DNA of 50,143 nucleotides from Escherichia phage Perceval: sequence record OV696612; one strand, 5' to 3'. Shown piece by piece: positions 41,129 to 50,143 of this stretch (position 1 is its first letter; each line of letters starts with the position of its first letter). The notes under the pieces were generated by a model. It saw only the letters and a program-made list of their open reading frames with translations, ran no database searches and was not told where the DNA came from. The position numbers and the translations under genes were made by a program.

Positions 41129-42170
41129 ACAGGTCAGCGTTTGTTTTTTGTTGTTGGGTAGCGGTTTTTATGGGGGTTCCCAGGTTTTTAGTAAACCACT
41201 CAACAACTCTGTTTATAATAATTGGCTGATACCATGTATTATCGCCATGCTCGGCCCCTTCTACCAGCACGTACTCAGCGTTATCACCGTTCTTCTTCAA
41301 CATCCTGAATAGTTTGGCGCTTTGCTCAGGTGAAACCAGAGTGTCTTTGCTACCATGCATAATAAGAAATGGGGGTTTTACTCCTTTCATATGTCCGATT
41401 GGACTGGCGTTTAGCGCTTTTTCTTTTGACGCTGTGATGGGGGCTCCCGCAAAATTTCTGAATGCAGGGCCATTGATCATTAAGGCTTCGGTTACGGCAG
41501 GAGAGCGATGAACCTCCTGCACTGATTCAGGGAACCCCTCGCCAATATTCAACAAGTCAGAAATCCCATAAAGTGTGGCAACTGCCTGAACATCTGAGGA
41601 TTGCTGAAGAAAGTCACCTTTATCAAAGGTTTTGTCACCATTTGTAGTTCCCATCATCTGGGCAAGCCATCCACCGGCAGAGTCACCCAGAACTCCGATT
41701 CTTTGAGGATCAATCCCATAATTGCTGGCATGCTCTCTCAGGTAACGTATTGCAGCTTTTCCATCCTCAACTGGTGCTGGAAATGTATCAGGAATTGTTC
41801 TGTATTCTACAGCGGCCACAACAAAACCAGCTTCTGCCAGAGCCATTCTCATTTCAATAAATTTGTCATGTTCAGAAGACATGAATCCGCCGCCGGGATA
41901 ATAAATAATGGCTGGTTTTAAATCATTTGTTCGCGGGACAAGAACTGACATGTGAAGCTGTCTGACAGAACGAGTTCCTTTTATCTGGGAATAAACAACA
42001 TCACCAATGAGATCGACCTGGTTTCTGGTCGGTGAAACACTAATGATATCTGCACCCGGGGTGTAACCAGGAAGATTAGTCTGGACAGGTGTTGCACAAC
42101 TCCCGACCGACATGGCCATTGACATACCATACAATAGTGTTGCAGATGATAATATCTTGTTAATTTTCAT
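41127..42170 (-). CDS. secreted alpha/beta-hydrolase (esterase/lipase, HSL-type) lipoprotein
   Basis: 347 aa; signal peptide with lipobox-like VGSC; oxyanion-hole YYPGGGF and nucleophile elbow GDSAGG; catalytic His near C-terminus (EGAEHGD). Confidence 0.75.
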   Translation of the reverse strand: MKINKILSSATLLYGMSMAMSVGSCATPVQTNLPGYTPGADIISVSPTRNQVDLIGDVVYSQIKGTRSVRQLHMSVLVPRTNDLKPAIIYYPGGGFMSSEHDKFIEMRMALAEAGFVVAAVEYRTIPDTFPAPVEDGKAAIRYLREHASNYGIDPQRIGVLGDSAGGWLAQMMGTTNGDKTFDKGDFLQQSSDVQAVATLYGISDLLNIGEGFPESVQEVHRSPAVTEALMINGPAFRNFAGAPITASKEKALNASPIGHMKGVKPPFLIMHGSKDTLVSPEQSAKLFRMLKKNGDNAEYVLVEGAEHGDNTWYQPIIINRVVEWFTKNLGTPIKTATQQQKTNADL

Positions 42171-42617
42171 GTTTTACATGCCTTGACTTATCGGATGAAA
42201 TTCTCTTACTGAATTTAACGGCAGTTTAATAGCCGTACAACTCGTGGTAGCCAGAGAAATATCCCAGTCGTGGTTAAGGTTGTACTTGACGGCTATTATT
42301 TCAACAATGCTTAAAGTGAGAGCTTAAGGTTATGCGTATGTTTTACAGTCCGAGTAGATTCTGACCAATAGCTTCTTTGTATAATTCTGTCAGAAATAAA
42401 TCTTGGCTTGCATGAAGTTTGAGACCTTATCTTGTTTGATTATGAATAATCAATTCGCCATAATTGTATCACCGGAGCCTGAACAACTCCGGTGACTTCT
42501 GCGCTAAACGGGGACGTTTATGCGCACACACAATCCAAACTCTCTTCTCCCTTCACAGATGCAGAAATGCACCTGCGTTTTTTTGCATCCAGCGTCTGAC
42601 CTCTGTGGAGGTGAAGC

Positions 42618-43073
42618 GTGAACCTACCACAAGATGGCATCAAACTGCATCGCGGTAACTTCATCGCTATCGGCCAGCAGATCCAGCCTTATCTGGAGGA
42701 CGGAAAATGCTTTCGCATGGTGCTTAAACCGTGGCGTGAGAAACGCAGTCTTTCCCAGAATGCACTCAGCCATATGTGGTACAGCGAAATCAGTGAATAC
42801 CTCATCAGCAGGGGGAAATCGTTCGCTACCGCAGCATGGGTAAAAGATGCTCTCAAACACACATACCTCGGTTATGAAACCAAGGACCTGGTTGATGTCG
42901 TAACCGGCGAAATCACTACTATCCAGTCGTTACGCCATACCTCCGATCTTGATACCGGAGAGATGTATGTCTTCCTGTGTAAGGTTGAAGCCTGGGCGAT
43001 GAATATTGGCTGCCACCTGACTATTCCGCAGAGCTGCGAGTTCCAGCTGCTGCGCGACAAGCAGGAGGCGTAA
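42618..43073 (+). CDS. ybcN: YbcN-like nin-region protein (DLP12 ybcN homologue)
   Basis: 151 aa, GTG start after GGAGG; same position relative to ninE/ybcO/rusA as DLP12 ybcN. Confidence 0.65.
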   Translation: MNLPQDGIKLHRGNFIAIGQQIQPYLEDGKCFRMVLKPWREKRSLSQNALSHMWYSEISEYLISRGKSFATAAWVKDALKHTYLGYETKDLVDVVTGEITTIQSLRHTSDLDTGEMYVFLCKVEAWAMNIGCHLTIPQSCEFQLLRDKQEA

Positions 43074-43243
43074 TGGCTACACCGCTTATTCGTGTCATGA
43101 ACGGACACATCTACAAAGTACCAAATCGTCGTAAGCGTAAACCTGAGCTGAAGCCATCCGAAATACCAACACTGCTCGGGTATACCGCCAGCCTGGTTGA
43201 TAAAAAATGGTTGCGACTGGCAGCAAGGAGGAATCATGGCTGA
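43073..43243 (+). CDS. ninE: NinE
   Basis: 56-aa ORF not in the track: [56 protein letters not shown]; basic, lambda NinE-like C-terminal pattern; ATG overlaps ybcN stop. Confidence 0.6.
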   Translation: MATPLIRVMNGHIYKVPNRRKRKPELKPSEIPTLLGYTASLVDKKWLRLAARRNHG

Positions 43244-43526
43244 TTTGAGAAAAGCAGCGCGTGGTCGGGAATGCCAGGTAAGAATCCCTGGCGTATGTAA
43301 TGGCAATCCTGAAACGTCAGTACTGGCACATATCCGGCTGGCTGGATTGTGCTGTACCGGTATCAAACCGCCAGACCTGATTGCCACCATTGCATGTTCT
43401 GCCTGCCACGACGAAATCGACCGTCGCACGCATTTTGTTGACGCTGGATATGCAAAAGAATGCGCGCTGGAAGGTATGGCGAGAACACAGGTTATCTGGT
43501 TGAAAGAGGGGGTTATTGAGGCGTGA
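43236..43526 (+). CDS. ybcO: YbcO-like protein (putative nuclease, Cys-rich)
   Basis: ATG at 43236 after AAGGAGG; [64 protein letters not shown]...; precedes rusA as in DLP12. Confidence 0.7.
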   Translation: MADLRKAARGRECQVRIPGVCNGNPETSVLAHIRLAGLCCTGIKPPDLIATIACSACHDEIDRRTHFVDAGYAKECALEGMARTQVIWLKEGVIEA

Positions 43527-43885
43527 ATACCTACAGCATCACATTACCCTGGCCGCCGAGCAATAATCGCTATTACCGCCATAATCGCGGACGCACGCAT
43601 ATCAGCGCAGAGGGGCAGGCATACCGCGATAATGTCGCCCGAATCATTAAAAACGCAATGCTGGATATCGGCCTGGCTATTCCTGTGAAAATCAGCATTG
43701 AGTGCCACATGCCGGATCGCCGTCGCCGTGACCTTGATAATCTGCAAAAGGCCGCTTTTGACGCACTCACCAAAGCAGGTTTCTGGCTGGATGATGCTCA
43801 GGTCGTTGATTACCGCGTTGTGAAGATGCCCGTTACCAAAGGTGGGAAGCTGGAGCTGACTATCACTGAACTGGGAGATGAATGA
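43523..43885 (+). CDS. rusA: Holliday junction resolvase RusA
   Basis: 120 aa, [44 protein letters not shown]..., RusA family. Confidence 0.9.
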   Translation: MNTYSITLPWPPSNNRYYRHNRGRTHISAEGQAYRDNVARIIKNAMLDIGLAIPVKISIECHMPDRRRRDLDNLQKAAFDALTKAGFWLDDAQVVDYRVVKMPVTKGGKLELTITELGDE

Positions 43886-44022
43886 TGTTTGAGTCTTATA
43901 TGGCAGAGCGTCTTCGCCGCCGCTGGGTGCGCCTGCGCTTATATCGTTTTCCTGGTTCTGTTTTGACCGATTACCGAATACTGAAGAATTACGCCAAAAC
44001 CCTGACAGGAGCAGGAGTATGA
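43882..44022 (+). CDS. ylcG: YlcG-like small protein
   Basis: 46-aa ORF overlapping the rusA stop: [46 protein letters not shown]; matches DLP12 ylcG position. Confidence 0.5.
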   Translation: MMFESYMAERLRRRWVRLRLYRFPGSVLTDYRILKNYAKTLTGAGV

Positions 44023-44107
44023 AGTCAGAGATAACAATCAACTAATACTGTTTTGTTGATTTTTGCTTGTAATTGGCGTTCTGGTCTGATTTTTGTGGAG
44101 TAAGTTG

Positions 44108-44491
44108 ATGCGTGATATTCAGATGGTTCTTGAGCGTTGGGGAGCGTGGGCGGCTAATAATCATGAAGATGTGACCTGGTCGTCCGTTGCCGCCGGTTTT
44201 AAGGGATTAATTCCTTCAAAAGTAAAATCTCGCCCGCAATGTTGTGACGATGACGCGATGATCATTTGCGGGTGCATGGCCCGTCTGAAAAAGAACAACA
44301 GCGATTTACACGATTTATTAGTAGATTATTATGTATGTGGTATGACATTCATGTCACTGGCAAGTAAGCATTGCTGCTCGGATGGTTATATCGGGAAAAG
44401 GTTACAGAAGGCTGAGGGCATAATTGAAGGGATGTTAATGGCATTAGATATCCGGTTAGATATGGATATCGTTGCTAATAATTCTAATTGA
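44108..44491 (+). CDS. Q: late gene antiterminator Q (phage 21/82-type, QuuD-like)
   Basis: ATG at 44108; 127 aa [60 protein letters not shown]...; immediately upstream of the late region. Confidence 0.85.
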   Translation: MRDIQMVLERWGAWAANNHEDVTWSSVAAGFKGLIPSKVKSRPQCCDDDAMIICGCMARLKKNNSDLHDLLVDYYVCGMTFMSLASKHCCSDGYIGKRLQKAEGIIEGMLMALDIRLDMDIVANNSN

Positions 44492-44510
44492 TATGCAATT
44501 GTTTACTAAA

Positions 44511-44541
44511 AGTTATTAAAAATGGGGCGTGGAAACGCCCC
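44511..44541 (-). terminator. rho-independent terminator (minus strand) downstream of porin gene
   Basis: GGGGCGT-GGAA-ACGCCCC with U-tract AUUUUUAAUAAC on the minus-strand side. Confidence 0.5.
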
Positions 44542-44630
44542 CAAAATAAAGGGTAATATATAACAGAAGGTTTATATAGTAAGAAGCAAGGTAGTGCTTC
44601 TAAAGGAAGTGGCTTGAGGGCTCCACTTAT

Positions 44631-44668
44631 ATGTTGCGGAGGCAAAGCCTCCCGCAACATATCTTTTT
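44631..44668 (+). terminator. rho-independent terminator (plus strand) downstream of Q
   Basis: ATGTTGCGGAGG-CAAAG-CCTCCCGCAACAT followed by ATCTTTTT. Confidence 0.65.
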
Positions 44669-44679
44669 CGTAAGTCAGA

Positions 44680-45762
44680 TTAGAACTGATAAACCAGACC
44701 TACAGCGACGATGTCGTCGGTATCAATACCAGCTGTTTTGGTAAACTTACTATCGTCAATTAAGTTGATTTTGTAATCAACAAAAGTGGACATGTTTTTA
44801 TTAAAGTAGTAAGTAGCACCGACATCGACATACTTGACTAAGTCTCGGTCACCATGAACACCAAGGTCTTTACCTTTTGACTGAAGGTAAGCAACAGATG
44901 GTCGCAGACCGAAGTCAAACTGATATTGTGCTACTGCTTCAAAGTTTTGTGCTTTGTTTGCAATATGGTTATTACCAAAAACGGTCATATTCTGAGTTTC
45001 AGAATATGTGGTAGCCAGATAGATATTGTTCGCATCATATTTCAGGCCTGCAGCCCATACTTCCGCATTTTTGCCGGAGGCATTGAATTTGCTCTTACCA
45101 TAGGCGACCTGACCGTCAGTGCGATCTGATTTAGCATAGGTTGCACCCACGCCGAATCCTTCATACTCATAAGTAGTGGAGAAACCGAAACCATCACCAT
45201 TGGCTTCAGTTACGTCAGTGCGGTCATTTTTACCCTGATACTGAGCAGCAAAGTTCAGGCCATCGACCAGACCAAAGAAGTCGTTGTTACGATAAGTTGC
45301 AACACCAGTAGTGCGACCAGTCATGAACACATCTGTTTGGGTCCAGGTATCACCACCGAATTCTGGCAGGACGTCAGTCCACGCACCGATGTCGTATGCT
45401 ACACCGTAGTTACGGCCGTAATCGATTGAGCCGTAATCACCAAATTTCAGGCCTGCAAATGCAAGACGGGTTTTGTCTTTGGAAGAACCTTGAGATTCAG
45501 CACGGTTGCCTTTGAATTCATATTCCCACTGACCGAAACCAGTCAGTTGATCGTTGATTTGGGTTTCACCTTTGAAGCCAAGACGGGCATAAGTAGTATC
45601 ACCATCATCTGCATCATTAGAGGAGAAGTAGTGCTTGGCATTAACTTTCCCGTATAGATCCAGCTTGTTACTGTCTTTATTATAAATTTCAGCTGCCTGA
45701 GCAGACATCGCCATCAGTACTGATGCAGCTACAGCAGAAATTGCCACTGTTAATTTTTTCAT
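44680..45762 (-). CDS. nmpC: outer membrane porin, OmpC/OmpF/NmpC (Lc) family
   Basis: 360 aa; signal peptide [31 protein letters not shown]-terminus, C-terminal ...VGLVYQF; between Q and S on the opposite strand, as nmpC in DLP12 and lc in phage PA-2. Confidence 0.9.
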   Translation of the reverse strand: MKKLTVAISAVAASVLMAMSAQAAEIYNKDSNKLDLYGKVNAKHYFSSNDADDGDTTYARLGFKGETQINDQLTGFGQWEYEFKGNRAESQGSSKDKTRLAFAGLKFGDYGSIDYGRNYGVAYDIGAWTDVLPEFGGDTWTQTDVFMTGRTTGVATYRNNDFFGLVDGLNFAAQYQGKNDRTDVTEANGDGFGFSTTYEYEGFGVGATYAKSDRTDGQVAYGKSKFNASGKNAEVWAAGLKYDANNIYLATTYSETQNMTVFGNNHIANKAQNFEAVAQYQFDFGLRPSVAYLQSKGKDLGVHGDRDLVKYVDVGATYYFNKNMSTFVDYKINLIDDSKFTKTAGIDTDDIVAVGLVYQF

Positions 45763-46189
45763 TGTACGCCCTTTTTTTTGAACTATTATTAAAAAATGAT
45801 GTCACTGCGCGATAAATATTCATCTAATCAATGCGATTATTTCAAGATGTAAGTTTTAGTTTCTCATTTAATTTGTGAAGTAGATCTCTATTTTTATCTG
45901 AACCTTTTCTATCTAATCCTATTCATGGCTCTTGTTTGAACGAAAATAAATCTATTAGCTAATTTATATTAATGGCACTTATTTATAAGCACTCTATAAT
46001 TCTTTAGCTTAATTTAAACAAACTAAAAATAACATCGGAAATTATTCATTGGTTATTTGTTGAAGTTTTCTTATGTATTTGTGGTGGTGTTTTGAACACT
46101 CGGTGGCATTCTCACAAATATCATTTAGTAGTTTACGTACGTAAAAAATTGGTTATGCTGTTAAGAGTGGTTACTTCGTCACACAGCTT

Positions 46190-46222
46190 AAACCCGCCGT
46201 CGAGCGGGTTTTTCCATTTTTT
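46190..46222 (+). terminator. rho-independent terminator, candidate tR' (6S-type late leader terminator)
   Basis: AAACCCGC-CGTCGA-GCGGGTTT followed by TTCCATTTTTT, about 130 bp upstream of the holin gene. Confidence 0.7.
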
Positions 46223-46351
46223 GAGTCTCGATATTAGCTGATAACCCAATACCTGAGTTATTCACTGACTCCGAATCTGTTACGTTTCTGCCTTTATTGC
46301 GATACGTAGTATCCCCTTAATTTACACCCGCTTTGTCTGCGAGGTGGGGTT

Positions 46352-46567
46352 ATGAAATCCATGGATAAGTTAACAACGGGTGTCGCCTATGGCACCTCAG
46401 CAGGTAGTGCCGGGTACTGGTTTTTACAGTTGCTCGATAAAGTCACGCCCTCACAGTGGGCGGCAATAGGTGTGCTGGGTAGCCTGGTATTTGGCCTGCT
46501 GACGTACCTGACAAACCTTTATTTCAAGATTAAAGAAGATAAGCGTAAGGCTGCACGGGGAGAGTAA
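46352..46567 (+). CDS. S: pinholin S (phage 21 S21-type, dual-start)
   Basis: 71 aa, [71 protein letters not shown]; matches S21 pinholin with M1/M4 dual start. Confidence 0.9.
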
Positions 46568-46571
46568 TTCA

Positions 46572-46886
46572 ATGACTCAAAACTATGAACTGATTGTGAA
46601 AGGGATCCGCAATTTTGAGAATAAAGTTACGGTAACTTTAGCGTTACGGGACAAAAAACGCTTTGACGGTGAAATTTTTGACCTGGACATCTCGCTGGAC
46701 CGTGTTGAAGGTGCCGCGCTGGAGTTTTATGAGGCTGCAGCCAGAAGGAGCATCAGACAGGTCTTCCTGGATGTTGCTGCCGGGTTATGTGAAGGGGACG
46801 AGCTGTTGCCAGAAACGCGCCCCTGTTCAGAGGCGCGGTATACCATAAAAATTAACAGTTCAGATAACTCGATTACTGGTTGTTAG
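46572..46886 (+). CDS. hypothetical protein between holin and endolysin (possibly YdfR/DUF1327-like)
   Basis: 104-aa ORF starting 5 nt after the holin stop; position matches ydfR-type genes in other lambdoid lysis cassettes (from memory). Confidence 0.5.
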   Translation: MTQNYELIVKGIRNFENKVTVTLALRDKKRFDGEIFDLDISLDRVEGAALEFYEAAARRSIRQVFLDVAAGLCEGDELLPETRPCSEARYTIKINSSDNSITGC

Positions 46887-47122
46887 CCTTTTGTTTCAGT
46901 TGGTTTTCCAATATCTTTCATTGGTAGCAGCATTTCCAGATTGCTTTTGATATATGGATTATTTACATGTTCATTTAATTGATGAATGATTCCATTTTTT
47001 TCATTCTGGTCCAATACGGAAAATATTACTGTAATCATATATTTAAGAGCTTCAATTTCTTTTGCTGTTGATGCAGGAGATGAGCAGTCAGCTGTAATAT
47101 TGATAAAAACTTCTTTTTGCAT
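46883..47122 (-). CDS. hypothetical protein (79 aa), AT-rich, convergent with the preceding ORF
   Basis: Minus-strand ORF with ATG at 47122, AT-rich; stop overlaps the stop of the plus-strand 104-aa ORF. Confidence 0.4.
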   Translation of the reverse strand: MQKEVFINITADCSSPASTAKEIEALKYMITVIFSVLDQNEKNGIIHQLNEHVNNPYIKSNLEMLLPMKDIGKPTETKG

Positions 47123-47256
47123 ATCAAATCCTCAGATGGGGTAGCTCAGCCAGCATCCCCCATAATCCTTAACCAGAGCGCCAGTGTCCTACCACTGACG
47201 GGCTGAATGCTTAACATATCCAGGGTTCAGAAACCGATAAATCCTGATAAATATCC

Positions 47257-47790
47257 ATGAACGTAAAAATCAGATACGGCCTGTCGGCTGCTGTTCTGGC
47301 GCTGATTGCCGCAGGCGCGTCTGCTCCTCAGATACTTGACCAGTTTCTGGACGAAAAAGAGGGTAACCACACAAAGGCATACCGCGATGGTTCCGGCATA
47401 TGGACCATTTGCCGGGGTGCCACGGTGGTGGATGGTAAACCTGTTATTCCGGGCATGAAACTGTCGAAGGAAAAATGCGCCCAGGTTAACGCCATTGAGC
47501 GGGATAAGGCGCTGGCATGGGTGGAGCGTAATATAAAAGTTCCACTGACCGAGCCACAAAAAGCAGGTATCGCGTCATTTTGCCCCTATAACATTGGCCC
47601 CGGTAAGTGTTTCCCGTCGACGTTTTATAAGCGGCTTAATGCCGGTGATCGTAAAGGTGCCTGTGAGTCGATTCGCTGGTGGATTAAGGACGGTGGGCGT
47701 GATTGCCGCACACGTTCAAATAACTGCTACGGACAGGTTATTCGTCGTGACCAGGAAAGCGCATTAGCCTGTTGGGGGATAGATCAGTGA
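47257..47790 (+). CDS. R: SAR endolysin (lysozyme with N-terminal signal-anchor-release domain)
   Basis: 177 aa; N-terminal SAR segment [17 protein letters not shown] then lysozyme catalytic region [20 protein letters not shown]; partner of a pinholin, as R21/RrrD. Confidence 0.88.
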   Translation: MNVKIRYGLSAAVLALIAAGASAPQILDQFLDEKEGNHTKAYRDGSGIWTICRGATVVDGKPVIPGMKLSKEKCAQVNAIERDKALAWVERNIKVPLTEPQKAGIASFCPYNIGPGKCFPSTFYKRLNAGDRKGACESIRWWIKDGGRDCRTRSNNCYGQVIRRDQESALACWGIDQ

Positions 47791-48248
47791 GAAGAGTTGC
47801 CGCGATTATCTCCGCTCTGGTTATCTGCATCATCGTCTGCCTGTCTTGGGCTGTTAATCATTACCGCGATAACGCGATTACCTACAAAGCCCAGCGCGAC
47901 AAAAATGCCAGAGAACTGACGCTGGCGAACGCGGCAATTACTGACATACAGATGCGTCAGCGTGATGTTGCTGCGCTCGATGCAAAATACACGAAGGAGT
48001 TAGCTGATGCGAAAGCTGAAAATGATGCTCTGCGTGATGATGTTGCCGCTGGTCGTCGTCGGTTGCACATCAAAGCAGTCTGTCAGTCAGTGCGTGAAGC
48101 CACCACCGCCTCCGGCGTGGATAATGCAGCCTCCCCCCGACTGGCAGACACCGCTGAACGGGATTATTTCACCCTCAGAGAGAGGCTGATCACTATGCAA
48201 AAACAACTGGAAGGAACCCAGAAGTATATTAATGAGCAGTGCAGATAG
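47787..48248 (+). CDS. Rz: i-spanin Rz
   Basis: GTG at 47787 overlapping the R stop; product ...[49 protein letters not shown]... matches lambda Rz. Confidence 0.88.
   Translation: MRRVAAIISALVICIIVCLSWAVNHYRDNAITYKAQRDKNARELTLANAAITDIQMRQRDVAALDAKYTKELADAKAENDALRDDVAAGRRRLHIKAVCQSVREATTASGVDNAASPRLADTAERDYFTLRERLITMQKQLEGTQKYINEQCR
48007..48189 (+). CDS. Rz1: o-spanin Rz1 (embedded in +1 frame of Rz)
   Basis: 60 aa lipoprotein [60 protein letters not shown], wholly within Rz; matches lambda Rz1. Confidence 0.88.
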   Translation: MRKLKMMLCVMMLPLVVVGCTSKQSVSQCVKPPPPPAWIMQPPPDWQTPLNGIISPSERG

Positions 48249-48279
48249 AGCTGCCCATATCGATGGGCAACTCATGCAA

Positions 48280-48573
48280 TTATTGTGAGCAATACACACG
48301 CGCTTCCAGCGGAGTATAAATGCCTAAAGTAATAAAACCGAGCAATCCATTTACGAATGTTTGCTGGGTTTCTGTTTTAACAACATTTTCTGCACCACCA
48401 CAAATTTTTGCTGCATCGACAGTTTTCTTCTGCCCAATTCCCGAAACGAAGAAATGATGGGTGATGGTTTCCTTTGGTGTTACTGCTGTAGGTTTGTTTC
48501 CAACAGTAAACGTCTGTTGAGCACATCCTGTAATAAGCATTGCCAGAGCGGCAGAAAACAACATTTTTTTCAT
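48280..48573 (-). CDS. bor: Bor lipoprotein (serum resistance, Iss family)
   Basis: ATG at 48573; 97 aa MKKMLFSAALAMLITGCAQQTFTVGNKPTAVTPKETITHHFFVSGIGQKKTVDAAKICGG... matches lambda Bor. Confidence 0.9.
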   Translation of the reverse strand: MKKMLFSAALAMLITGCAQQTFTVGNKPTAVTPKETITHHFFVSGIGQKKTVDAAKICGGAENVVKTETQQTFVNGLLGFITLGIYTPLEARVYCSQ

Positions 48574-49053
48574 CTTATTATCCTGCATTGTTAAAAACGG
48601 CAGAATCCTATGTGACAACAATTAAACGATAGTTAAATGGATTGATGAAAATTAAAACTACACAGGTGGGCTCAGACTATTGGAGGAAGTTGGGGACACT
48701 CAGAATCCTGTGGAATGAAATAAACCGGTCTATCCGTCCATTACCCTTTTAGCTGCGCTGTATCGTCGCCGTATTCCCGCATTAACCATGACCGTAGCCC
48801 GACGGGGAATTCCTTCTGCGTGAGTGTGCGGGAATAATTAAAAACGATGCACACCGGGTTTTTACCGCGTTAATGATTCGCGGGTTTATCCCGGTGCGAT
48901 GGTGGAAGAAACAGGAAGCTGTATTACAGAAAGTGCTACTACTGTATCCCGATGCGATGTATGTAATGTGAGTCAGATAATGGCACAGGATGTGGTGATG
49001 TGGCAGTCTGGAACACAGGATATATTGTCAGAATAAGACCCGTAGGAATAAAA

Positions 49054-49380
49054 ATGAAAAGACGCCTTTTACTACTTTTTCTGTTATCTGTTCTGGCAGT
49101 GGGATGCTCGCAGCAAAAAGCTGATGAGCCCCGGCAATTAGTGACGGTGTATCCACGATATCCGGAATATGCTGCAGCAAATTATATCAAGGGGCTGGTT
49201 GAGGTTAAGTTCGATATTGGTGCTGATGGGACTGTGACACGGATCGTTTTTCTCCGCTCAGAGCCTCATAATTTGTTTCGTGATGAAGTGGTGAAGGCCA
49301 TGGCGAAATGGCGATTTGAAAAGAATCGCCCCTGTCAGGGAGTGAAGAGACAATTTATCTTTACGCCGTCACGTCCTTGA
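49054..49380 (+). CDS. putative lipoprotein with TonB C-terminal-like domain
   Basis: ATG at 49054 after AGGAAT; signal peptide/lipobox MKRRLLLLFLLSVLAVGC; C-terminal region VEVKFDIGADGTVTRIVFLRSEPHNLFRDEVVKAMAKWRF resembles a TonB-C fold. Confidence 0.55.
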   Translation: MKRRLLLLFLLSVLAVGCSQQKADEPRQLVTVYPRYPEYAAANYIKGLVEVKFDIGADGTVTRIVFLRSEPHNLFRDEVVKAMAKWRFEKNRPCQGVKRQFIFTPSRP

Positions 49381-49502
49381 TGCTTCCAGGTAGAGAGGGG
49401 CTGGAAGCAGGAGAAAAATGAAAGAGCCAGCGGTTATATTTTTGTCATGGCTGACGAGGAATGATGGAAGAAGGCGTTGTATGCCACACAACGCCTCACT
49501 GT

Positions 49503-49682
49503 TCATTTCTTCTTTTTCTCTGGTGGAACCCGATGAATAAGAGTTGCACTGGTTTCCGATGAGATGGCGATATACTCGGGCAAAGTATGCTGGCAGTTTT
49601 CCAACTGGTCAAAAATACCTGCTCTCGTCTGTTGCAATGCCTGCAGCATGCGGCGGCAATGCGCCTTGCTTTTACTAACCAT
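49503..49682 (-). CDS. hypothetical small protein (59 aa)
   Basis: ATG at 49682 preceded by GAGGAAGGAAAG RBS; longer ORF-track version (to 49856) overlaps the next ORF. Confidence 0.35.
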   Translation of the reverse strand: MVSKSKAHCRRMLQALQQTRAGIFDQLENCQHTLPEYIAISSETSATLIHRVPPEKKKK

Positions 49683-49743
49683 CTTTCCTTCCTCTATCAG
49701 TCGCTGCGTGAACTCATCATGGAATACCAGGTAAATGCGGATG

Positions 49744-49995
49744 TTATCGGTTTTGGCTACGCAGCATAGTACAAAACGGACAGGTGCATCCCGGGACGGG
49801 GGAGGCGTCACATGTCCCTGTGATGGTTGTTCCGGGTAATGTACTGTGTGGGGCATAAAAATGTCCGATAATTTTACTTTCTACCGCAGTTAGTTGATTC
49901 GTTGGTCCTGGTAGCACATTGGGCGAGGATTTAAATGCCAGGCAACTGAAGGATGATGTCGCAAGGGAGATAGCGAGAATATTTCTGATTTTCAT
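49744..49995 (-). CDS. hypothetical secreted protein (83 aa with signal peptide)
   Basis: ATG at 49995; N-terminus MKIRNILAISLATSSFSCLA is signal-peptide-like; Cys-rich C-terminus. Confidence 0.35.
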   Translation of the reverse strand: MKIRNILAISLATSSFSCLAFKSSPNVLPGPTNQLTAVESKIIGHFYAPHSTLPGTTITGTCDASPVPGCTCPFCTMLRSQNR

Positions 49996-50143
49996 TTGAT
50001 GATGCCTCTGTGTGAAATGACGGTAAACGACGCACTTGTGCCGGCACATAATAGCAAGCACCATAATAGATCAGATTCGATTCTTGCTGTAAGTGATAAT
50101 TATTCTCGTTTTCGGGTCCTTTCCGTCGATCCAACAGGTTACG

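Noticed and set aside
47130-47210. tRNA-like sequence (GGGGTAGCTCAGCC...) upstream of the endolysin gene
   Set aside because: No T-loop (GTTCRANYC) or acceptor-stem complementarity could be found by eye

Overview
The window reads as a complete, cos-to-cos genome (50,143 bp) of a temperate lambdoid siphophage. It opens with the lambda-type left cohesive end (GGGCGGCGACCT...) and closes with a lambda-type right terminus (...CAGGTTACG). All calls rest on reading the sequence against remembered lambda, phage 21/e14 and DLP12 proteins; no database search was run. Left arm (1-19.6 kb): lambda-like packaging, head and tail genes (nu1, A, W, B, C/nu3, D, E, FI, FII, Z, U, V, G/G-T frameshift, H, M, L, K, I, J), then lom. 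The b-region equivalent (19.6-27.8 kb) is mosaic: a side tail fibre with a lambda-like N-terminus but different C-terminal domain, two small unknown ORFs, a complete sitABCD Mn/Fe ABC transporter on the minus strand with MntR-type and Fur-type boxes, a short transposase-like fragment, and an AT-rich 256-aa unknown ORF. The integration module is phage 21/e14-like: a 3' fragment of the host icd gene at attP, followed by a lambda-family tyrosine integrase and xis. The recombination block has lambda-type exo, bet and gam. The immunity region is not lambda-type: a cI with an S24 peptidase domain, a Cro-like HTH protein, a 181-aa protein in the cII position, and repeated TTGCTATTG operator-like motifs. 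Immediately downstream of cI, in the position lambda uses for rexA-rexB, sits an AT-rich two-gene cassette (340 aa soluble protein + 168 aa four-helix membrane protein). This is the best candidate for an undescribed exclusion/abortive-infection module. The replication, nin and late region resembles the DLP12 prophage: O with non-lambda iterons, P, ren, emrE, a large serine recombinase (ybcK-like), ybcN, ninE, ybcO, rusA, ylcG, Q, an OmpC/Lc-type porin, S21-type pinholin, SAR endolysin, Rz/Rz1 and bor. Extra genes include a secreted alpha/beta hydrolase lipoprotein in the nin region and two ORFs inserted between holin and endolysin. No rRNA, tRNA or CRISPR array was found.
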